From: Nemertoderma westbladi | Taxonomy: Eukaryota > Animalia > Xenacoelomorpha | Direction: 5' to 3' | NCBI GenBank assembly: GCA_032718475.1 | Contig: JAUCBJ010003020.1 | Location: forward strand, 1 to 64,000 | DNA length: 64,000 bases | In this document: one piece after another, positions 1 through 11,945 of the stretch | Numbering within the stretch: the first letter of the stretch is position 1 | How the letters are laid out: every line of letters begins with the position of its first letter | The notes under the pieces: model-generated | What the model was told of the DNA's origin: nothing | What the model saw: the letters and a program-made list of their open reading frames with translations, nothing else | The model's database searches: none | Program-made: the position numbers and the translations under genes

Positions 1-284
1 ATTTGTCAGAGTCAAGGGTTGCTATAGTGCCCGACCGATATGTACAAATAAAGCGACTCGGGGAACTACCCACCAAATCCACGGCCACCACTTCTACTGT
101 GTCCTCAAACTGGCTCCTAATAACTATCTATTGTACGGTAAATATATATAATATATCTTACATGCATTGAAGAATCTTGCAGATTATCTCGCGAAAGTCA
201 TGGGTATAGTTTGTCGATAAGCCGGCACACATTCCTAGTGGAGCTGCTTCGCTTCCAGCATGCCAATTATAGATGATAATTGAA

Positions 285-560
285 ACCTGAAACAGGTGGA
301 CAGTACAATATTACTACAAAACGGCATTGCTTAGTTTCTGATTATGGTCTGACACTCTGACTATAATCTATGTTTTATGTTCCTGTGTCCAGTCCACTTT
401 TTTCAAATACACATCTTATTCCCAATTATAATTAAGAAAGCGAAAACTTGAAAAAGGTGGACAGACCACTCGCTACACACTACTTTGCTTAATACGTTTC
501 TGATTGCGGTCTGTCCATTGTCCATGTTTTCTGTGTCCAGTCCACCTTTTTCAAACACCC
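285..560. repeat. Two tandem diverged copies of a ~130-bp inverted-repeat (MITE-like) unit
   Basis: AAACAGGTGGAC...GTCCACTTTTTTCAAA (~290-407) and AAAAAGGTGGAC...GTCCACCTTTTTCAAA (~451-555), with similar interiors (TTGCTTA..TTTCTGATT..GGTCTG). Confidence 0.5.
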
Positions 561-1071
561 GAATAAGGCACAAGACGCAGTCCTTTTGTAAGTAACGACA
601 AATAGCGGACTGATAAATTTAGCCAATTAGATTATTACTCACAGGCTGACAGGTGTCACAGCCAGGTAGCTACAAATTGTAGACTAGGCCCCTATCAGCC
701 TATACGATTAGAAAGCAATAATTCAAATTTACCTCATTTATTTTATGATTGACATTCAGACAGTCATTCCTTTCCCCCCACCCAGTAACTACATCAACTA
801 CCGAACTTTACTACTACAGTACTATAATACTGTCAGACTGTAAGACAGTAATACTGTAATAGGCCTACTTCAGTACGGTAACGGTATTGACAGATTGGTA
901 CTGTCTGGCTGTGGTACAGCTACAGCAGTAGGGTACCGGTACTGCAAAACGTTAGGCCTACACTCAGACACTACACTTACCGGTTAAACGGTACTGAGCT
1001 TGACATCTTAACCATTGCAGCATTGCGATTACTCATTTCTAAATTTCAGAATTTGCAGGTCCGTCTGTAGG

Positions 1072-1209
1072 ATGGAAGTCTCTGGATGTTCTGCTGGTAG
1101 TGACAATTCACAACGTTCTACACCAACAAAGAGACCGTTGGAGTCCCAGGGTGAGGATGTAACGGGTGATACGGCTGTTGTTGTTACAGATAGCGATCCT
1201 GAATGCCAG
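1072..1209 (+). CDS. KAT7: KAT7/HBO1-like MYST histone acetyltransferase, putative coding exon 1
   Basis: ATG at 1072, open frame MEVSGCSAGS...DPECQ, donor CAG|GTTAGC at 1210. Phase 0 matches the TTTCAG acceptor at 1745. The peptide is low-complexity, so assignment rests on splice and phase logic. Confidence 0.6.
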
Positions 1210-1745
1210 GTTAGCACTACCCGGTACCTGTATGCCGGTAGCAGTTAGGCCTATATATGAAGAAACAGTTTAAAATAAACAAATCGGCTTACCCGGTACT
1301 GCCTGCGGCATGCGGTTGTGTGGAATACCAGTACTGCAGTATACTGGTACCGGGTATATGCAAATTGCTGAATTGCAAATGTGCTGCAGTACCTGTCCTG
1401 TCTGCCTTTCAGCCAGACTGGAATCTCTATGTAATTGCACGCCGGAGGTGCGCCAGGCGTAGAGTAATTTGCGCCAACCAAAAAAATGTGTTCCTAGCAC
1501 ATAAAACAGTAAAACGTGTGCTGTGCCAACAAAGGACTGAAGAACTAGTGTTACGAAATAAATTGAACTGTAATTTCAGAAAACCGTGCCGTACAGGAAC
1601 ATGCACGGTCTGACGGTACCCTACACGCACGCAATACATGGAGTTTTAATCTCAAGTGAAATGAATATTTCCATAATCAGACGGACTCCTTTATAATTAA
1701 CGGTATTTTTACTATTATTATATACTTTATTTTTATTTCTTTCAG

Positions 1746-2052
1746 GTGACCCGTAAAAGCATTAAATTGCGACGAGTGACTCCCAAGAAATCGGGAGTTG
1801 GCGGAGAGGTTGACCTCGGTAAACGGCCCCGCAGGAAGACTCGTCCAATTGGTTTACTCTCCCATCTCTATGGAGACGTCCCGAAGTGTTTCCTCTGCTC
1901 AAAGGATATCGCCTTGGAACAGCGCAGCGATATGTGCCGCTGTATCGCCTGCTCGGACGCCTTCCATGGTTCCTGTCTGCACTTCACTGCCTCTAAACTC
2001 GTTACAGTGAGGCAGTACAAGTGGGAGTGTTCTAGTTGTAAGATGTGTTCAG
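1746..2052 (+). CDS. KAT7: KAT7-like exon 2: basic segment and first finger of a double PHD
   Basis: Long pyrimidine tract plus TTTCAG acceptor. Encodes CFLC...CIACSDAFHGSCL...VRQYKWECSSCKMCS (DPF/MOZ-type pattern). Donor TCAG|GTAAGC at 2053, phase 1. Confidence 0.9.
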
Positions 2053-3292
2053 GTAAGCAGACAGTACAAGTGGGAGTGTTCCAGTGGTAAGATGTGTTCA
2101 GGTAAGCAGAGTAAAGTGGGAGTGTTCTAGTTGTAAGATGTGTTCAGGTAAGCAGACAGTACAAGTGGGAGTGTTCCAGTTGTAAGATGTGTTCGGGTAA
2201 GCAGACAGTACAAGTGGGAGTGTTCCAGTGGTAAGATGTGTTCAGGTAAGCAGACAGTACAAGTGGGAGTGTTCTAGTTAAGCAGACAGTACAAGTGGGA
2301 GTGTTCTAGTTGTAAGATGTGTTCGGGTAAGCAGACAGTACAAGTGGGAGTGTTCCAGTGGTAAGATGTGTTCAGGTAAGTAGACAGTACAAGTGGGAGT
2401 GTTCCAGTGGTAAGATGTGTTCAGGTAAGCAGAGAGTAAAGTGAGAGTGTTCTAGTTTGTAAGATGTGTTCAGGTAAGCAGACAGTACAAGTGGGAGTGT
2501 TCCAATTGTAAGATGTGATCAGGTAAGCAGACAGTACAAGTGGATGTGTTCTAGTTGTAAGATGTGTTCAGGTAAGCAGAGAGTAAAGTGAGAGTGTTCT
2601 AGTTGTAAGATGTGTTCAGGTAAGCAGACAGTACAAGTGGGAGTGTTCCAATTGTAAGATGTGATCAGGTAAGCAGACAGTACAAGTGGATGTGTTCTAG
2701 TTGTAAGATGTGTTCAGGTAAGCAGAGAGTACAAGTGGGAGTGTTCCAGTGGTAAAATGTGTTCAGGTAAGCAGAGAGTAAAGTGAGAGTGTTCTAGTTG
2801 TAAGATGTGTTCAGGTAAGCAGACAGTACAAGTGGGAGTGTTCTAGTTGTAAGATGTGTTCAGGTAAGCATACAGTACAAGTGGGAGTGTTCCAGTTGTA
2901 AGATGTGTTCAGGTAAGCAGACAGTACAAGTGGATGTGTTCTAGTTGTAAGATGTGTTCAGGTAAGCAGAGAGTAAAGTGGGAGTGTTCTAGTTGTAAGA
3001 TGTGTTCAGGTAAGCAGGCAGTACAAGTGGGAGTGTTCTAGTTGTAAGATGTGTTCAGGTAAGCAGATAGTAAAGGTGGGAGTGTTCTAGTTGTAAGATG
3101 TGTTCAGGTAAGCAGACAGTACAAGTGGGAGTGTTCTAGTTGTAAGATGTGTTCAGGTAAGCAGACAGTACAATTGGGAGTGTTCCAGTTGTAAGTTGTG
3201 TTCAGGTAAGCAGACAGTACAATTGGGAGTGTTCCAGTTGTAAGATGTGTTCAGGTAAGCAGAGAGTAAAGTGGGAGTGTTCCAGTTGTAAG
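2013..3292 (+). repeat. 49-bp minisatellite (~26 copies) made of the exon 2 3' end plus its splice donor
   Basis: Unit CAGTACAAGTGGGAGTGTTCTAGTTGTAAGATGTGTTCAGGTAAGCAGA. The first copy is the coding QYKWECSSCKMCSG and the true donor. Confidence 0.97.
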
Positions 3293-3649
3293 TACTTTCA
3301 GTTAAGGTTTTGGGCCGTCACACTGTAACCTGTATGGGTCACTTTTTGGTGGAAAAAAAATCGCGAGCACTGGTACTCAAACCGATTATTACCAATACCA
3401 ATGCTATGTGTATCTACAGGACAACAAACAGCCAATTTTGAGCCAGGTAGGATCGACCTAGGATAATGTATCGAGCCAGTACCCTCCCTTTAATACGGTC
3501 TATAGAAAAGAAAGTGATGTGGCCAAGGCAAAAGCCTTACCCGAGCTGGGGGATGACACTGTGATTACTGGAAACAACTACAAACATTGATGGTGAACTA
3601 TCTCCCTTCAGGCACAGAAATAGATTCTAACCCTACATCAGCCACTCTT

Positions 3650-5130
3650 ACCACCTACCCTAGTGAGCAGCATGGTGGGCAGAGGAAACCCAATACGGAT
3701 TGTATCGAGTTACAGAGTTGGTATGCGGATGATTCCGCCCGTATGGAATATCTCCACTCAGTAGCCAGGTGGTTCAGTGACCTTTGTTCCAAGGGTCCAA
3801 AAATAGGATATTTCCCAGAACCAGATAAGTGTTAGGGATGGATTACAGGACATTGCAAAACAATTATTTGTCCCACTGGGGTTAAAGGCAAATAATGTTG
3901 TGACTTGGTGGCGCGTTCTAGGTGGTTTCATAGGGGAAGAACAGGACAGGGAGCAGTTTCTGCATGATAAGATCAGTCAATGGTCAGATGGTGAAATCAT
4001 ATTCGTGTGTTGTGTTGGCCGAAGTGGTCAAAACATACCCCCAGGAGTCACTCACTGCAATGTCGAAGTCACTACAAGCAGAGCGGGACTAGGCCTATAC
4101 GATGCGGGTATTGGATGTACCTTCAGAGAAGTACCAGCCACTGAAGAATGCTTTGGTAGAGCATTCTCTATCAGCATTGTTTGGAATAGCGATTCCACAA
4201 TATGACTTTGCTTTGCTCCTTCAGCCAATTCGCCACGGAGGGATAGTTATACGTGTTCCAGTTCAGCGAGCTGCTGGGACATACCAGGCATCAAGAGAGG
4301 GAACTGCAATGGTGGTGGAAACGTTAACTCAGAGAACCCAACTGTGGAAGGCCACAAGTCTACTCTGAGGAAATCGATACAGGAGTCCAGAGAAAGGGAG
4401 GCAGTGCGGGCTAGAGAGATCCAACAAGACCAGAATTCCTAATGAGATGATACCTGACCGAGCGCGAACAGTGAAACGGCAGTTAGATTAAAATATCTGC
4501 TTCACCAGACAGATATTTCTGCAAAAACATTCCGTGATGGGTTATGTCTACTTTATGGGTATACATACCCCTCCCCAGTTGCCGTCACGTTGTGATGGAT
4601 GTGGTGCCAATTTCAACGTTGATCATGCCCTAAACTTTAAAAAGGGCGGTCTAGTATGTCACCGGCATGATGAGATGATGGATGTTGATGAGGAGCTTTG
4701 TGTGATGGCTTGGGGAGGGATCGCAATTTGCTGGTGCGGAGTGTGTGGGTACCGCAAAGGGATGCGTCGTTTGATGTGTGCGTTGTAAACGCTGATGCTC
4801 CCTCATACCGTAACCGCACGACTGAAAGCATTCCCAGGAAGAGCGACTGAAGAAGCAGTAACATTAGCGAGCGGCTACGATTAACATTTACCCCCCCCCC
4901 CCCCCCCCCCCCACCCATCTTGCTGTTAATGCTAACGGTGTCTGGGGCCGCGAAGGGGGCCACTTTATCCATCATCTGGCGTCACAACAGCTTCCAAGGA
5001 AGTGTGGAGCGATAAACCCCCTGGAATCGTTCGTTCTTGGGCGGATCAGGGCTCGTTTGTCAATAGCGCTATTGCGGGCAGTTAGGTCTGTGCCTCAGGG
5101 GTGGGAGACGGTCGTGGCGGTTGCAGCCGG
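3650..5130 (+). mobile_element. Degenerate non-LTR retrotransposon (CRE/SLACS-like RT plus C-terminal zinc-knuckle/RLE region)
   Basis: Frameshifted fragments: WYADD...GPKIGYFPEPDKC, LGGFIG, QPIRHGG, CDGCGANFNVDHAL..KKGGLVCHRHDE, LLVRSVWV, FDVCVVNADAPSY. Confidence 0.75.
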
Positions 5131-5472
5131 AGTTTGTGAGGTGGATTAGATTAGGAGCAATGCGGTACTAGGGGGAGCTTTATGTGTATTGTATATTGTT
5201 GGTTATATGTTTGTGGACTAAGTAACAGGGCGTACTTGGTGGTGGGATGGGGATAGTGTTTTGTGCTATAATAATCTATTATTGATTAAAATTGTGATTT
5301 TGTTCTATTTACAAGATAAACCTACTTTATTATTACTAATTAACTTTTTATTTAGATCCAACTATAATAGTAAATGTATCATTATATATATAAATACTAT
5401 ACTATATATATATCTATACTGTATACTATATATATAAAAAACGAATCATTTTATTTATTTTATTCACTCCAG

Positions 5473-6155
5473 GTTGTCGTAAACCCGCGCACACGGATGC
5501 ACGATCCGGCTCCGAACCGCATCCCGGCGTCGCCGTCTGCTCCGAATGCGACCGAGCCTACCACCACGGCTGCGCGCGCCCCCCGCTCTCCCCCTCCCAC
5601 TCGAAGGTCGCCGCTACCTGGCTCTGTCGCAAGTGCGACGTGGAATGCGGCGCGTCGAGTCGCGAACGGGCCGACGGAGATCCTACGGGGTGGGAATCCC
5701 CGGGGGAGACGGAATCCCGATCGACACGCGGAACCCCTACGAGACCGAAACGGGACGTGAGCGCCGCGGCCATAGCGACGGCCGATCGCGTCTGGGGACA
5801 GATCCCCGTGGTGAAACGGCGTCGCGAGTTGACGTGCCCCGTGGACGGCTGCGACTCGGAGGGCCATCTCTCCGGGAAGTTCGACCGTCACTACACGCAG
5901 TCCTGCTGCCCGTTGTACCACAATCTGTCTCCGTCGCAGTGTGTGGAGATGGGAGCGGGCCGGGACGGGTGCGAGATGGAGGGTTCCCGGGACCAGTGGG
6001 ACCCCGACACTCTGGCTGCGACGCGAGCGCTACGGGAGACCCACGCGGACAAACACGGCAAGTCGAGGGAACCGCTACTCGAAGGACTCGCCTCTCAGTG
6101 GGACATCGGGATGTTCCGTTCCGCCCAGGCCATCCTCGCAGAGAAGGAACAACTC
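5473..6155 (+). CDS. KAT7: KAT7-like exon 3: second PHD finger, CCHHC zinc finger, KAT7 pre-MYST helix
   Basis: Acceptor CTCCAG, phase 1, gives GCRKPAH...VCSECDRAYHHGCARPPL...WLCRKC, then CPVDGCDSEGHLSGKFDRHYTQSCCP and EPLLEGLASQWDIGMFRSAQA (compare KAT7 [21 protein letters not shown]). Donor CTC|GTTAGT at 6156, phase 0. Confidence 0.92.
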
Positions 6156-6282
6156 GTTAGTAAAACTTAATTTAATTTATTATCTTAGCGTTAATTAAAT
6201 CCAATCGAGTTATACAAATCCAAGGTTTTGTGTGACAAGCCGCGAAAGTAAGCGAGCTTAGCATACCGGTACCACTAATAAT

Positions 6283-7080
6283 CAGGCCTCCCAGAGTTTC
6301 CTTTTTTTTTTATAAAGTTTCCTTTTTTTCCTCTTCTTTTATAACATTTCCTTTTTTTGTTATCCATTTTCGCATATTTTTTACCTTTTTTGGTTTATAA
6401 TAACAACTTCAGCTTGCTGTTGATATTGACAAGGTTACTACCATAAAAATGTAGTCGCGGAAGGAAGTTTAATATATTTATGTTCTGAGTGGGGATATGT
6501 TATAGTTGACACAAAACCCGCTTTGGTGAATCAACAATGTTGATTTTCAATTTAGGGAAAGGAACAGGTTGCAGTGGCAGTCTATTCTAACCAAAGCAAT
6601 GAAAGAAAGTCTATTACACGGTTATAGTTTCATTTTTGCTCGTAATCAGCTGTTATTTGCATCCGTTTTCCCTGGAGATGGTTGTATTTTGATCGCGTCT
6701 TAAAGCATTTTTGTTATTTATATAAATGTAGCCACGACCGGAAATCCGTACCAAAGTTTTTATGTCACTTTCGTCCATTTTTTGTGTCACTCAACCATTT
6801 CTTATAACTAGGCAAAAAAGGTGAAAATTTCGTAATAGTTTGTAAACTGTTTTAATTTCACTGATACTGTATGTTCTCTTCTTTTTTCATTGATAGGTTG
6901 ATTTATAATAATCTTTTTATTTACATTTATTTACTTTTTATTTATTTTTATTTATAACTTATTATTTATAATAATTTTTCCCTTTTTTTGAACCGTATCC
7001 TATCCTTTTTTTCCTTTTTTTTTGAAAATATAAATTCCTTTTTTCCCTTTTTTCCTCGATTTTTTTGGCTGGGAGGCCTG
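6283..7080. mobile_element. 798-bp MITE with CAGGCCTCCCAG terminal inverted repeats
   Basis: CAGGCCTCCCAG at 6283 and CTGGGAGGCCTG ending at 7080. Inserted in an (AAT)n tract with AATAAT on both flanks; T-rich subterminal repeats. Confidence 0.8.
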
Positions 7081-7330
7081 AATAATAATAATAATAAATC
7101 ATGCACTACTTTACCGAGCTTAATCCCCCCATGTATCGGTTCTAAAGCGCTGTGAAATTCCAAAGATTGTGTCAGATAGTTTAGTTTAGATTTGAAAAGC
7201 CATATTAAAGAGTTCGGTTTTTAGAACGCTGCGGAAAGTTGTCAGATAAGTATCGGTTCGAGTTTGAAAATTGAGACTGTTGGAGCGGCGTAAGAGAATG
7301 ATTGTGCGCCGAATGTTTTAAGTTGATCTA
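7081..7330 (-). mobile_element. 3' end of an L2/CR1-type LINE with (ATT)n tail
   Basis: Minus strand reads LKTFGAQSFSYAAPTV...FRSVLKTELFNMAF, followed by a short UTR and an ATT microsatellite tail. Confidence 0.65.
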
Positions 7331-8903
7331 ACTCACTCAATCGGTGTGTCTGTCGTTCTGTAGGTCCGTGTTTTTAATCGTTAATAACTCGATCATTCAT
7401 TGATGAAATCTAACCAATCTTGGTACACACGTTGTCTGGCAAAAGTTTAGAACTTTTCCAAGTTGAATTTGCGTTTGGCCATCGAGAAGGTAAGATAAAA
7501 GCAGTTAATTAGTTAATTAAGTTGATTGCGGTAAAAAACAACATTTTCAACCTGTCATTTAATGGATATTAATTATTTTATTGTATAAGATTTAAATAAT
7601 TATACTCATTAGTATCACTGCTATCGGCCTAAGGTTTATATGCCTTTCATCAATCCCCTTGGCGCCTTTGGGTTGGGGTGGTGCAGATTAAGACGTGGGT
7701 TGAAGGGAAGGAACTTCCCATCTTCTTTGATTTATTGGTGGTTGGGTTAAATTTCTTAAATACTGATTTTGTGATTAAATTGCTCAATTTTAGTTTGAAT
7801 CTCATAACTGAGCCTCGTGCTGCGCGAAAGCCCCACGAACGTGTCAAATTTTCCACCTGCATTTTAATGTGACGTAATTTTAAGTAGGGCTAGTATTTCC
7901 AGTAAAGTAGATAGTGAAACATACCAATTTAACGTAATGTTTTTATTACGACATTTAAATATTTTGACCAACATTTTAAACGAAAATAACACATTTTTAT
8001 TTAATTTAAACTTAATTTAAATTTATTTTAATTTAAAGACAGGGGGTGGGAAACTGGAAACTCCTACTAACTTCGTATTGCTTTTTATTCGGATTTATCA
8101 TTTTAACGATATCAAAAGCAATTCAATATTTTTGCCCATTTAACATTATTAACCACATTCACGGTAATGTGGTTAACTACTAACAGTTAGTAGTTAACTA
8201 GTTTCAGATTGCCGACACAATATACATACACTACCAACTGGCATTAAAAAGCTGGTAAAAAGTTTGTAATCTTTAACTAATAGAAATACAAAAGAAATCA
8301 AATTTAACCAAACCCTTTCCTCGGGTTATTCCCCCATTGAGTTGTGTGCGTGCGACGTGGTGCGCATCTGGTGTTGGCAATCAATCATTCAGTGTTCTGA
8401 TTAAATAATGCAGGATGTCAGTAATAATCACGACCCTAATCAGTCACAGTCATTCGTGACAATATTACAATTGGTATTGCGGTAAACATATAATTTGAAT
8501 ACTTTATGGTGTTTATATATAATTAATTCATGTTTCGGGTGCCCTACAGACAAATTATACTGCGGAAAGGAACAACTCCGCGCGAGTGTCCTGGTATAAA
8601 ATACGCTCCAATTGGTTCTGTTATACCCAAGGCGTCCTTTAATAATTCTATACTATTCAATTCCTCTTATTAAAAGTCGCATTGATTCTACCGGTAAATG
8701 AAAATCCATATCCTGTTTCCCGCTGCCTTTTATCTGATTATATCGAAGTGCAATCTGGTTCATTATGACTCGCCACTAATGCACAGAGAATGGCATAAAC
8801 GACTGGGGAACATTTTAATTTGAGAAGTGCAGGTAGCCAACACAGTTCAGAGAAGTGCAAGTATAGCCAACACAATACAGAGAAGTACAAGTATAGCCAA
8901 CAC

Positions 8904-10588
8904 TAGGGATGTCCCGGAATTCCGGCTGTTTTTGCTCTGGAATTGCCGGAATGGGGTCAATTCCGGCCGGAATTTTACCGGAATTACCAGGTTCCTAACT
9001 AGTTTGATAGTTGCAATTAGTTTGTTAAATTATTATCAACATTTATATATTTTTTAAACATTATTACCAATTATATCGTTTAAGATACTTTTCAACACTT
9101 GTAAAAAAGTATAGTACAAAAAGTATAGTTTTCTTCGACCGTTAGAGCTCTAACATTTAAAGATGAAAGGCATAGATGCCCCCTGGTTAGCCCCTTCAAA
9201 CCATTCGTGCCGAATCGAAAACTGCCTTGGACCACATGCGGGGATCGAACCCACGACCTCCAGAGAGATGGGAATTCAATGCAACCACTACACCAAGGTG
9301 GAACCTAACTAACCTATCTAACGAGGGAAAATTCACAGCCACCCCGTTTTTTACAGTGAATGCAGTCTTGATGGGTATGTAACACATTTCCAAAAACAAT
9401 TCACCTGGTATTCAAACTAAAATGGTCCCACCATGTGTTACACCACTTACTGTAGTATTCATATACAATTCATAACCGGTTTAATTTACATTAACTAATT
9501 AAACCCTTTGTCGTTCTGAAGATATTTTATGAAATGCATCATTAGGCCCGGGTGCTCCACTGGTAAGTCGTAAGTCGCTTTTAGTCAGAATGTCAAAATG
9601 AATGGCTCCTGGCTCCATTGGCAACACAAGTCATAAGTCAACTGATAAAAAATATAAGATGCGTGTCTCACATTTACTGCATATTTATACCCAAAGTAAC
9701 CCATCACAGGCATATTGGCGGATATAACACATGATTCATTGTCAAAAGATGGAACATGTCTGACTAAGACTACAGAAGACTTAGTAGTGGAGCACGGGCC
9801 GTCACGAGTGGTTTTTCTCAATTTGCTTATAAAATGACGTTTTTTAGATTGATTTTACATTACTTTACATTGATTTTTTTTACATTATTTTACATTGAAT
9901 TTATAGTATTTTACTTTGAATTATTAATAAATTATTATAATATTATGATTGGTATAGTCCAACGTAGCATATAGGATTACCCCTAAAGATTTGCAGCTTA
10001 TTTCCATGGGGGTCCTTTAGGTTACTTAGTTACAAACAGTATTACACAATTACAATTATTACTCTAACCTAAATCTAATATAAAACGTTATTACAATACA
10101 TACATGCATGTCACTGTAACATGCTCCTTTCCCTTAAAGACACCAGAATATTGCACCAAAGGACCTAATGACGCGAAACCATAGATTTTTGTTTAACGTA
10201 GGTTTTAGGTATGAGTCTAAAGGCTAAAAACCTAACTTTTGGCCAAAGTTATAGATTTTAGAAAAAACTTATATTGAATTCCCTGTCGTTTAAGGCCGAA
10301 GTACCATCCCGTCCCCATAATAGGCCATACCGGGCCAGGCCATTCTCCACTCCACCCACCTTAATTCCCCCAAGGTTCTGATTCATCTCATTAGCAAACT
10401 TAGTTGTAGAAATTAAAAAAATCCATTTGGTTCACAAAAAATTATAAAGTTTCATGGGTCATTTAGTGTATTTCATTAATTATAGAAAATTCCGGTTCCG
10501 GCCGGAATTCCGGCCGGAATATTCCGGCACGTTGAATTCCGGTTCCGGTTCCGGCCGGAATCAAAATATCGATTCCGGGACATCCCTA
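8904..10588. mobile_element. Non-autonomous hAT DNA transposon (1685 bp)
   Basis: TIR TAGGGATGTCCCGGAAT / ATTCCGGGACATCCCTA; perfect 8-bp TSD GCCAACAC (8896-8903, 10589-10596); subterminal (A)TTCCGG repeats; no transposase ORF. Confidence 0.93.
9180..9298 (-). mobile_element. tRNA-derived SINE-like head inside the hAT element
   Basis: Minus strand A box TGGTGTAGTGG and B box GGTTCGATCCC at tRNA spacing, but no convincing acceptor stem. Confidence 0.55.
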
Positions 10589-11224
10589 GCCAACACAGTA
10601 CAGAGAAGTACAAGTGCTGCCAACACAGTTCAGAGAAGTACAAGTATAGCCAACACAATACGGAGAAGTGCAAGTATAGCCAATATAGAACAGAAGTACA
10701 AGTGCAGCCAACACAGTTCAGAGAAGTGCAAGTATAGCCAACACAATACAGATAAATACAAGTGCAGCCAACACAGTACAGATAAGTGCAAGTAAAGCCA
10801 ACGCAGTACAGAGAAGTACAAGTATAGCCAACACAGTACAGAGAAGTACAAGTATAGCCAACACAGTACAGAGAAGTACAAGTGCTGCCAACACAGTTCA
10901 GAGAAGTACAAGTATAGCCAACACAATACAGAGAAGTGCAAGTATAGCCAACATAGAACAGAAGTACAAGTGCAGCCAACACAGTTCAGAGAAGTGCAAG
11001 TATAGCCAACACAATACAGATAAATACAAGTGCAGCCAACACAGTACAGATAAGTGCAAGTAAAGCCAACGCAGTACAGAGAAGTACAAGTATAGCCAAC
11101 ACAGTACAGAGAAGTACAAGTGCCGCCAACACAGTTCAGAGAAGTACAAGTATAGCCAACACAGGACAGAGAATTACAAGTGCAGCCAACACAGTTCAGG
11201 GAAGTGCAAGTATAGCCAACACAG

Positions 11225-11945
11225 TACTACTACTACTACTACTAGGATCGGCATGCTGCATTGTAGCTGCATTTTTAGGAATGCTGTACCGGCTTATCGA
11301 CAAAATTGCACCGCCACAACTCCCTATCACCCATGGCATTTGCTAGATCATCCGCATCTTCAAGGCCAGTGTCCTTTAAGATGCGTCTCAAGAAAGTCAT
11401 GGGCTGTCCACCATGCTTATTCACTCCATGAGGCTGCCAAAGTACAAGATTATGCACTGGCTGGTCCTCACGGCGAAAGCAATGTCCTGCAAAGCGGAGG
11501 CGATTTTGTTCTAGTGTCAAGCTTGGGGGAACCAATGAGACACCTCCAATGTTATACAGTGTCTGGTTGGAGATGTGTGCATCGTACTTGACACAATGAA
11601 CCCGGCGTAGCATTCTTGTGAATGTGCCATCCAGAGATTTGGTGTCCTCAGCAGTTAGAGCCCAGCATGGACTCCCATAGAGGAATACTGGAACTACTGC
11701 TGCTCTAAATAATCGGACCTTAAAGTTTCCGATTAATTCTCGGTGACTTCCAAATCCTGGAAAGCCTATTCAAGGCTGCCCATTCCTTTCCCTTACGTAT
11801 TCGAAGGTCCTCACCTGACTTCCGGATCCATGATCCCAGGTAACAGAAGTCGTCCACATGCTCAAGCATACCATCTTTTGAGCTTATGCTCATCCGATCA
11901 GAGACTTGCTGAGGACTTTCAAAGTTAACTGTCAAAATTTTGGTC
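11225..11945 (-). mobile_element. 5'-truncated RTE-clade LINE (RT C-terminus, 3' UTR, (TAG)n tail)
   Basis: VDDFCYLGSW, RIRKGK.WAALNRLSRIWKS, RLRFAGHCFRR. Near-identical to 35727-36265 but with a 1-nt frameshift near 11722. Confidence 0.9.

Larger units (their letters stand above)
6232..7860 (-). mobile_element. Dispersed non-autonomous repeat (Helitron/Helentron-like), interrupted by a MITE and a LINE tail
   Basis: 6235-6279, 7335-7457 and 7803-7845 are reverse complements of segments at 52882-52925, 52759-52881 and 51799-51835. Further copies lie at ~32330-32775, ~35013-35155 and 54126-54190. The class is inferred only from the terminal hairpin and GACA-rich interior. Confidence 0.65.

Noticed and set aside
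1040-1071. Spliced-leader trans-splice acceptor before the KAT7 ATG
   Set aside because: Three YAG sites precede the ATG, but CDK10 and RalGAPA lack equivalent acceptors. A 5' UTR intron or an upstream exon explains it equally well.
5374-6198. Overlapping alternative-frame and antisense ORFs over KAT7 exon 3 (likewise within RalGAPA and CDK10)
   Set aside because: Expected in GC-rich coding DNA; only one frame has conserved motifs.
9225-9298. tRNA gene
   Set aside because: A and B boxes are present but the cloverleaf stems do not pair well; better explained as a SINE head.
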